Below are positions 11,006-20,000 of a stretch of DNA of 20,000 bases, one piece after another. Position 1 is the stretch's first letter; each line of letters begins with the position of its first letter. This stretch comes from Seison nebaliae (taxonomy: Eukaryota): positions 48,487 through 68,486 of the forward strand of contig JALJEE010001321.1 in assembly GCA_023231475.1 (NCBI GenBank), in the 5' to 3' direction. Below the pieces are notes generated by a model. It did not search any database and was not told the DNA's origin. It saw only the letters and a program-made list of their open reading frames with translations. A program made the translations under genes and the position numbers.

Positions 11006-12732
11006 CTATTTAAGTTTATTGTATAAGATCGGTATTCCTAATTCGGGACGACGATCAATTCCTTTCACCATATTTGAGATCTGAATAAATTAAAGAAATT
11101 ATGATCATTCATCAAATGAAAATACTAAACGACATGTGAGGGAAGGATTAATGCACCATTCTCTCTTAATCGATTTCTCATCATATCGATATCATCGTTG
11201 TTGACGCCACGACAAGCGTCTTCGACTACTACCGTTTTATAACCATATTCCACTCCGTGTAAAGCAGTGGAACCCACACAAACATCATAAGCGACGCCAC
11301 AGACGTAAATGTCAGTGATGTTCCACTTATCTAATTCTTCCTTGAGATTCGTCTGTGCTTTCTTCCCGTTGTCCCAGAAAGCGGAATAACTGTCGATTTT
11401 CGAATTTGTTCCTTTGTAGATGTTGATGGAATTCTGCTTGAACTGTCAATGAAGTGATTAGTGATGATTAGGATGAGAGAAATCAGACTTTCAATTTTGG
11501 ATGAAGTTCAGCTCCAAATGTGTCTTGGACGCAATGTGTCGGCCATAAACGTTGTTCTCGTTTACCATCAATATCGAAAATGACGGAATCGCCCATAACT
11601 ATATCATCTAATTGTTTCTGTAGAATAATAGAATATTGAGAGGATAGAGAAAAGGGGAGAGAGAGAGAAACTGGAGATAATTCATGAATTGGCCAAATGT
11701 TGATATTCTCAAAGAATGAGATATGGTCTTTTGGATGCCAATCATAAGTGTAAACGATGAGATCGAATGAAACCTCATCAATCATTCGATTGATAAATGG
11801 TATGATTTCCAGAGCTTCCTGACGTGCGTCACAATGTCGGAGTGCGAGCGAACCGTCAACAAAATCATTCTGAACATCCACAACGATCAATGCAGATTTT
11901 GGTTTGATTAAATTCTCTTGACATATTTTGTGACAATTCTCAAATTCGTCTTTCGTCATTAGTGTTCCCTAGTGACACAAAATGGAATTTACAATCTTCA
12001 GACAAAATAATCGCGTTTTGTACGAGATTATAAGAGAATATTGAAAGAGAAAATTTTTGAAAAATGAACAAATAAGTTCCGTTTATTAGCAGATATCCTT
12101 CTTATTCAGGCGGATGAATGTGATCGATGGATGAATGTGAGAAATTGGCAAAAGGAGACTTGTCGAAAAAAAAAAAGGATATAACTTTCTTCCAAATGGA
12201 ATAATTGAACAATAAATGAAAAGTGAGTTTAATTTGAAGAAGAATTGAGGAACGATAAACAAAAAGACTAATGGGCATTTGCGTGAAAATTAATTAAATT
12301 TTTTTATTTAATCAATAATTCCGTAGGAACAGGGAAATTCTTCCACTCCTCTCTCTTACGTATACACATCGTACGGATGATGATGATAAATGAACAGGAA
12401 ATGTAAAATAACCTTACTCTTAGCAACCGTCGAAAATAATCGATCATAATCTACATCACGAACTAAATAAGATTTTTTGTTGGCAGCTTGAAATAGTTCG
12501 TTTAAAAATAATGTGAATTCGCTTCGATTTAAATATCCATCACTTAAAACGAGAAACAGATAAGATAAATTTAACTTACGAAATTTTCATTTCGTCACAA
12601 AAAGTTATGTAAGAAATTTCTTGAATGTTCTCGAAAAAACAAGAAACGAGAGATTTGATGTCATTATCTCTCAAAAGACAATGAGATTATTGGAACTAAC
12701 TTGTCTTTATCGTATTTTTGGAATGATTCCAT
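11006..12732 (-). CDS. Naam: Nicotinamidase (PncA/PNC1/Naam, isochorismatase family) with N-terminal EF-hand; 6 coding exons, ~324 aa
   Basis: Exons 12732-12701, 12542-12413, 11968-11672, 11617-11489, 11442-11131 and 11080-11006 join via GT-AG introns (158, 444, 54, 46, 50 nt) into 975 nt. Catalytic D (VVDVQNDF), K (YKGTNSKIDSYSAF) and C (GVAYDVCV); metal ligands in DWHPKDH and WPTHCVQ; EF-hand loop DKDNDGYLNRSE spans exons 1-2. Confidence 0.93.
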
Positions 12733-13052
12733 GATGTTCGATCGCCCTTGAAATAAGGAAAGTGAAATATATTAGAATTGTGGTTAATCTGCAATTGAAT
12801 TGAAATTTGGTTTTGGGAAAGAATAGGAATTGTCGTTAAAATGTTTTCATGGGAAATTGTAATTTCTCAATCGATTAATCGAAAATCATCAAAACCAATC
12901 ATCATATGTATGGTAAATGTGAAATGAGGAAAATGGGAATTTTGACTGGAACGAATATGAGTTGAATTCGAGAGAACATTTCAAAAAACTGAATTGCATG
13001 ATTAATTAGATAAAGTTTGGATAATGTCACATTTATATATAATATATTATTA

Positions 13053-13072
13053 ATATATATATATATATATAT
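13053..13072. repeat. (AT)10 microsatellite
   Basis: Read directly; embedded in a longer AT-only tract. Confidence 0.85.
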
Positions 13073-14549
13073 CCCTCCGTCATATTGATGGTAGAATAGA
13101 AGAAGGTTTTTTCTTTGTTACCTGTCGTGCTATCATCGATGGAATAAGGTGGAAGAAGTGAAGGAGATTGAGGAGATTGGATAAAGAAAAAAGAAATGGT
13201 GGAAGGTGCAAGAAAATGAGAAAGAAAAAGTATGAGAAATATTTTCGATGAAATTGTCTGACAATATATGCGCAAACTTCTCAATAGGTTAGATGGGTAA
13301 AGTTGAAATGTAAAAGGAAGAATAGAAGAAATGATTTTCTCTGTTTTCCACTAACCAACAACTGAAGTCGAAAGAAGAATGTCGATTCATTTGTTTCGTT
13401 CTGCTAATCTATAATTGTTTAAAGGAATATATCATACTTTCTTGTATTGTTATGGTAGATGGAATTTTTCTCTATAAAAAATAAATTAAAAGAGAATCGT
13501 AAACAATCGTCGACGAGGAGAGTTGTCGGACCCGGCTAGTTGTTCGCATTATAGAGAAAGAAACTTTCATAAAACTCTATTTTTATGTCACATTAAATAA
13601 GATGATGAGGAGAATTAAATGGGGAGTTATTGGAGGGGAGGGGAGAAGTGTTGCAGATTCAGTATTTCATGAAGTAGATCCATTTTCGCGATTATTGCCT
13701 CCATTCCTCCCCGTTCCATATAATCATCTCTTCATTAAATACTTTTATTAACTTTCCAACACAGAGAATTTGGAAGTTTCAATGTCTACAACCCAATTTC
13801 ATTCATTTTAAGCACAATTCTTTCAAATTTCTTTCAAATTTCTTTCTTTCTTCCCATTCTTTCTTCCCATTCTTCTAACAACTCTCAATTGTCAGGAAAC
13901 GATATTGTTGGTCGAAGTGAGTAGTGAGACTAGAGTGGGAGGTAGTCAAATTGTAAAATTAATTCTTTCCTTTCACTCCCCAACTAGTTGATGCTGTTGC
14001 TAACAAATTCTTATTATTCAAGATCAAAGAATTAATTAGAAATTTTGTTGGAAGGAAGTTGGACTGCTTCAATTTAAGGTGGATTTCTTCAAATTTTCTT
14101 ATTCAATTCACTTCCTTCCTTTATCCATATCGTCCCATTGTCCATTTCACTTCAACGCAAATCGAACAAATAAACTACTTCCACTTCATTTACATATTCC
14201 TCCCAAACTTATTATTAATCGAATCGAACATTCCAATCATTCATATTCGAAAGTTTTAAATTGAAATTTGAAATCTTTATTTGAGACACCAAAAAAATTA
14301 TTTTATCATTTATCAGATGGGAACATATATTTCACGTAGAAATTCATTTGAGTAGAATTATGTTTAGAGTAGAGAATTGATTGAGATGAAAATAGATTAA
14401 ATTCGATTTCGATGAAATAGTTTAATAAGGCCACATCGAATGAATGATAAAGGAAAAAAAATTGAATTAGAAATTTATTTTACTCTTTTCCATTTTAGTT
14501 AACGAACGTTTCCCCCCACTTTCATTTCAGTTTTTACGAAAGGGAAGGA

Positions 14550-14978
14550 ATGTATAAAATTATCGATCTGTTACCGCCAAACTACGGATATGTGTTGTTG
14601 ACCGCTCATTGTAGTGTGTTGATTACGATGTGGACTGGTATCAATTTATGTCGAGCTCGAAAGAAGTATGCCATTACAGCCATGGCCGTTTATAGTGATA
14701 AGAGTATGATGTTCAACTGTTTTATGCGAGCTCATCAAAGTATGCTAGAGATGTATCCATTCTTCCTCTATATGCATCTAATAGGTGGTCTAGTTTATCC
14801 CATCAGCATGAGTATTAGCGGACTTATCTTTCAATTGGGACGGATCGCTTATGCTCTAGGCTATTATACAGGTGAACCGAATAATCGATTTTGGGGAAGT
14901 TTCGGAACTATCAGTTATTTCCTTTATATCAGTTGGTTCGTATGGATGACACTTCACGACATAATGAAAGTTTGTTAG
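14550..14978 (+). CDS. MGST3: Microsomal glutathione S-transferase 3-like (MAPEG family), 142 aa, single coding exon
   Basis: YGYVLLT, ARKKY, FNCFMRAHQSMLEMYP and GRIAYALGYYTGEP..R..G.FG match the MGST3 pattern, with four hydrophobic segments. AATAAA just after the stop (14983-14988). Confidence 0.9.
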   Translation: MYKIIDLLPPNYGYVLLTAHCSVLITMWTGINLCRARKKYAITAMAVYSDKSMMFNCFMRAHQSMLEMYPFFLYMHLIGGLVYPISMSISGLIFQLGRIAYALGYYTGEPNNRFWGSFGTISYFLYISWFVWMTLHDIMKVC

Positions 14979-15148
14979 CGAAAATAAAGAGTGGGAAAGA
15001 AATATTAAAAATTAAGATTTTTATTTATATGATGTGTTAAAAATTGATCAATTATCAATATTCTAAATGACTAATAAATTCAAATTATCTCAATTCTCTA
15101 TTATTCGGAAAAGCAAAAAAAAAAGAAAAGATAAAATTAAGCGAAAAA

Positions 15149-18100
15149 TTAGAGTTGTAGTTTCACCACCGTTCCCTCTCGTTTGATGACATGATCTATC
15201 GTCTTTGGCACCATTTTGATGCAATCGATAATCGGACAAACTGAAGAACATAATGTACATCCTGAAAAGAAGAATTTTAAGTTAATTACGAATTAATAAA
15301 ACAAAAAAAATTGTACGGAAAAAAAAACCTGTACAATCATTGTTGACCGTTGGAATATGAGTGACGGGATCGAAATTGATAGCTTGATATCCTGAGTCGT
15401 TACAAGCCATATAACACTTTCCACAATTGATGCACATTTCCTGAATTTGAAAAATAGAATTTTGAAAAATTGAAATTTCAACTTCATCAATTAGTGCCAC
15501 AACTTGTTTCGTGTTGTCCAAATTGTTATAGACTCCCACATGTTTGATCGTTTTATTTATCATTTCACCAACTGTCACATTCGTTCCTTTCTTAATCGCC
15601 TCATCTGTTAACGATCGATATTCATCCGATGGTATGAATAATTTCGCTCCTTTCTCCTTCGCTTCCTTCTCCAATAATTTTCTTCTTTCGATTCGATGAG
15701 TACCAAAATCTGGTAATTGCTAAGAAAAAATAAGATTTGAAATGAAGACAATTAAAAACTTTTCCAATAAGAGAAGCAGAAAGATTTTTCCCTTTCTGAT
15801 GTTTCTCCATCGGTGGCGATTGACCCATCCATGATTTTAATGAATCAATTTTCGACAAGAATAACAGACATTTCAATCCACTCAGATAATCATTAATAAT
15901 AGTGAAATCTTGATTTTGTATGGCAGAACAGACTTGAAGAAGAGAAGCACCAGAATAAAGGAATTGAAGACCTGCCTCCGCACTATCAATTCCACCCGTA
16001 GCCAAAATTGGAAGATTTGGTAATTGATTCCTAATAGCAGTAACGGCACGTAAAGCGATGGGTCGAATTGCATTACCACTCATTCCACCATAAGTCGTCA
16101 ATTCTTTCTCTCCCACTTTCGGCCATGGTTTACTATCCGGTCTGATCGACATTAGAGTGGAAACGGTATTAGTGGCGGTAACACCGTCGACATTCGAATC
16201 ATTCGCTGCATGTGCTAACATAGTTATATCAGTAATATTCGGAGTTAATTTAACAAAGACAGGAATATCTACAGCTGATTTGACCCAAGCTGTAATATCT
16301 CGAATCTTATCGGGATATTGTCCACATTCCAATCCCATTCCACGTTCTCCCATTCCATGTGGACAACTGACATTCAATTCTAACGCATCTGCTCCCGCAT
16401 CCTCCGATCGAATAGCTAATTCTTTCCAATCATTTTCATCATATGCACACATAATACTTGCAATCAGGATTTTTGATGGAAAATCTTTTTTCAATTCTCT
16501 TATCGATCTTATCCAATACGTACAATATTTCTCTGAAATTAATTCAATGTTCAAAAATGACGATTGATTCGGTCCGTAATGATGACCATCAGTTATTCCT
16601 TTCACAATTCTTGGCGACACATTCGTCACCAGATCTTTCTCCAACGAATAAGTTTTGGTGACGGCGAATGCCCATCCTGCTTCAAATGCTCGACGTATCA
16701 TCGGAGCGGAAGTGGTGGGTGGTGCTGACGCTAGACCAAATGGATTCTCGAACTTCAATCCACACATTTCCACCGATAAATCAACTCGATCAACATCAGT
16801 AAAGAAGTTTGGTAATTTCCCTTTTTTTTCATTTAAATTCTGATTATTGAATTTGTTTTGGAGATATGAATGCATGTACCATGCTGATGTCTTACCATCA
16901 TTAACGGATTCGACGGTTGTTTTCGTCCAACCAGCCATATCGCCACCACAAAACACATTTTCGATATTCGTCTTACAATTATTCTCATCAACTAATGGTT
17001 CGTTCCATTTATTCAATTTTAACGGTTTTAACGCATCCAACAAATCATCGTCTTCTATATGTGAACCGAATGCCGAAATGAGAAATGAACATTTTAATTT
17101 AAATTCTGAATCATCGATTTCTTTCCATTTATCATCGTCGTCGTCAAATTCATTTCGGACGAATTTCATCGATTTGATTTTCCCTTCTCCATCTAATTCG
17201 ACGTGTTTCGGAAGAGAGAATGGAATGAATTCACATTTCTCTTCTTTCGCCAATTCCATCTCTTCAGGAACAGCTCTGATGTTGGTGAATCCCCTTCGGA
17301 AAATCACATAAACACGACGTGCACCACAACGCAGTGCGGAAGTTGCACAATCGAACGCAGTGTCGCCCGCTCCCAAAACAATAACATTTCCATAAAGTTT
17401 CGGTAGTTTAACACTCGCCAACTTACAAGCACAAGACGACGACATGTTCGGTTTGGACGCTTCACTCACTCGTGGCAAGAATGATTTGGAAGTATAAAAA
17501 TTATTATGAATAGACAAATCTTTGAATAAAGGAATGATTTTTGGTTGTGGTAATCCAATTCCAAGGAAGACAACATCATATTCTTTCCTAATTTCTTCTA
17601 GAATGAAATTACCTTTTATTGAGAGTGGATGATTCTCTGTTAATTTCACTCCTAATTGTTTCACCATTTCTAATTCAAAATTCACCGCTGACATCGGTAA
17701 TCGATATTGAGGAATCTCTTGAGAACTCAATCCTCCAAAATAAGAATTTTTCTCAAAAATATTGATGTTCTTATAGCCCAATCGACCGAGAAATGTGGCA
17801 CAACTCAACGACGCCGGTCCACCACCAACTAGACAAATCTTCTTATCATAAACTCCACTCGAATTATCAATGGATCGATCACGAATTTGTCTCAGACCCA
17901 TTTTCTTAAAAGTTTCCGTCGCAAATTGTTGAAGTCCTCCGATATTGATCGGACCATCTTCCGACGCGTACAAATTACAACCACCTACACACAAATCACT
18001 GACGGGACATACCATTCCACACGTCAAACCCAAAGGATTGTCACTGAAAATCATTTGAGCAGCGCCGTAATAATTCTGCACGAAAAATGCACATTCCTCA

Positions 18101-18525
18101 AAATTTTAATTGAATTCATTAACCTTATTAGCAATAGCAGAAATGAATGCTTTGATATCGATCTGAGTAGGACAACCTTTCTGACAAGGAGCATCCGCAC
18201 ATTTCAGACACCGACTCGCTTCTTTCAACGCTAATTTCTCACTAAGTGTTGTATGTTTCACATCCAAGAAATTATTTGTCAAATCAATTGAACAATTCTT
18301 ATAAATAATTAAATAATAAATAATAATTAACACAAAATAAACTTCACAATGAACATCATTTCGTTTCCATTTCTTCTTCTCTTCTCGAACTGCCAACGAA
18401 CTTTTGACAGTGGCGTTCTCTTTGAATTTCGGATTCAACTCCAAAATACTCTGCAAAAACAATAAAGGAGAAAATGGAATAAAATCAGAGAGAACCTCAA
18501 TATCTGGTGCATCTAACGTAATCAT
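15149..18525 (-). CDS. DPYD: Dihydropyrimidine dehydrogenase [NADP+]; 7 exons, ~1029 aa
   Basis: Exons 18525-18496, 18450-18343, 18297-18124, 18075-15760, 15719-15483, 15440-15329 and 15261-15149 total 3090 nt, with GT-AG introns of 45, 45, 48, 40, 42 and 67 nt. N-terminal Fe-S motifs [14 protein letters not shown] and [19 protein letters not shown] motifs GGGPASLS and [13 protein letters not shown] barrel [10 protein letters not shown]; active-site loop NVSCPHGM; C-terminal ferredoxin motifs [11 protein letters not shown] and [12 protein letters not shown]. Confidence 0.97.
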
Positions 18526-18938
18526 TGGCGGAAAATTTATTTGTTAAATATTTCTATTGTCTCTTCACTTATCACGTGAATAATTCGACGTTTATTAGCT
18601 TCCCTTTCGAAAAGTACTTCTCCATTCTATTTCATTCGTTTCCTTCAATCAATTATGTCTATTTCATGTGAAAATATGAGAACTAATTTCATCCATCAAA
18701 CGTATTGGAAACATTACAATTCTCTAGTTCCTTTTACAATTTATTCACAGTAATGACGATCGAATGATAAAATGAAAACTCATTAACCTTCTCCTGTCTT
18801 TTTCCCTTAATCTTTTCCTCAAATGTTTAAACAAAACTTCTTCTATTCATTTTAGTCGATAATTTTAAGAATAAGAAAAATAAATAGTTAAAGTTTATTC
18901 AGTTATAAAGAATTAAGTATTGTGAATAAAATATTAAA

Positions 18939-19126
18939 GTGATAGATTGGAAATTATTTTAGAAAGAAATAATTTTTGGTGATAATTTTAAATTATTATA
19001 GAAAGAAATAATTTCTCGTGATAGATTGGAAATTTCATGAAAAATAAATAATTTTTGGTGATAATTTGCAAATTATTATAGAAAGAAATAATTTTTGGTG
19101 ATACTAGTGAAATTTCTGAGAAAAAA
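18939..19126. repeat. Minisatellite, ~40-bp unit x ~4.7 (GTGATA...AAATT...AGAAAGAAATAATTTTTG)
   Basis: Units start at 18939, 18979, 19018, 19058 and 19098. Units 1 and 3 begin GTGATAGATTGGAAATT; units 2 and 4 begin GTGATAATTT. Confidence 0.85.
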
Positions 19127-19831
19127 CGATTAGGATAGGTTTGGTTAGAAAACGCTGAATTGGAAGGTATCATTATTGATAACCTTCCAATAAACCTTCA
19201 ATAATATCGCACCATTGCGATTTAAAAAACCCTTCTAGTGTAGTTTGATGATACACACATGTCCTTCACTCATCGGTGCCAAGCTATATTCAAAACCCCT
19301 TATAATACAGCGGAAATATTTTCTTGCCGCTATTAGCCCATTTAATCAGTTGGTCCATTCAAATTTAAAATTTCCCATTGAAATGAATGAGAGGCGAGTA
19401 TTGCCACTCTCATTTCTCCCATTCGCCCCATTATTGCATCTCGGTAATACACGTGCCATGAAACTCTTCCTTAGAGACTCTTCTTGTTAGAATAAAATAC
19501 GTTTGATATTGTAAATTGACATTTAAAAATACTCACAACATAATCTATATATCGTTAACGGCTTGTTAAACTGAATATGGATGAAAAAACTGGAAAGGCC
19601 GACGTAAGACAATATTTTTTTTAATAATTCATGACTATTTGCTTTCAAATCTGTTATATTTCAAATGTTTAGCTCACTCAAATCTGGACCTATTTTAAAT
19701 TTTTTTTTAATTTTTCCTTTCCATTCTTTCCACTCAAGAGTTAAATGTTGACGATTGAAAAGACCGAATAGAAAAACCTTATTTCCAATTTGGAGCTTCA
19801 AAACGATGTCTTACCTGCTTCATTACTTCTT

Positions 19832-19999
19832 CTATAGCCAAAATTGTTGTCTGACATGTCTCTGATCGGATGGATTGAATGGGAAAACATCATTCATAAA
19901 ATTGAAAGATAAACAATCGTGATCCTTTGACGAATTATTATTCTTTTTTGGTGATTGTATGAACTTATTGAATTTGTTGATTTTACTTTCATTTGAAAG
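19832..19999 (-). CDS. Possible 3' terminal coding segment of a gene entering from the right edge (LSNESKINKF...QQFWL*), product unknown
   Basis: The frame is open from the window edge for 55 codons to a TAG despite high AT content. No recognisable motif. Confidence 0.2.
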   Translation of the reverse strand, partial: LSNESKINKFNKFIQSPKKNNNSSKDHDCLSFNFMNDVFPFNPSDQRHVRQQFWL

Positions 20000-20000
20000 T

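Noticed and set aside
15622..15759. Apparent frameshift or truncation of the 819-aa DPYD ORF (pseudogene?)
   Set aside because: Explained by a 40-nt GT-AG intron at 15720-15759; the spliced product is full length.
15882..18234. Several antisense and alternate-frame ORFs within DPYD (also 9627-9980 within MRPL16)
   Set aside because: Shadow ORFs produced by codon bias of the real genes.
11006..18525. Nicotinamidase plus DPYD as a pyrimidine-catabolic cluster (RutB analogy)
   Set aside because: The hydrolase has nicotinamidase metal-binding motifs and an EF-hand, and an opposite-strand MGST3 lies between them; the adjacency is probably incidental.
18939..19126. CRISPR-like array
   Set aside because: There are no unique spacers, the units are homologous along their length, and the context is eukaryotic with no cas genes.
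19245..19490. 81-aa ORF and internal hairpin (~19385-19425)
   Set aside because: No recognisable product in any frame, and the hairpin is short and unremarkable.

Overview
AT-rich eukaryotic (metazoan, non-vertebrate-type) nuclear DNA with mostly very short spliceosomal introns (40-67 nt). The left ~9.5 kb has no recognisable gene, only simple repeats, small hairpins and one speculative signal-peptide ORF. The right half is gene-dense: intronless mitoribosomal MRPL16 and MRPL14 in tandem 102 bp apart (+), a 6-exon EF-hand nicotinamidase (-), an intronless MGST3-like MAPEG gene (+), a 7-exon dihydropyrimidine dehydrogenase DPYD (-), and a ~40-bp minisatellite. Three observations stand out. (1) The MRPL16-MRPL14 pair looks operon-like: its spacer holds a poly(A) signal, a U-rich tract, a splice acceptor and a uORF whose stop overlaps the MRPL14 ATG, and the order matches ancestral rpl16-rpl14. 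(2) All 11 introns placed by homology have a pyrimidine at donor +3 (10 GTT, 1 GTC) instead of GTR. (3) Four of the nine short introns are in-frame and stop-free. Exon structures were derived by hand; family assignments rest on recalled motifs, not database searches.
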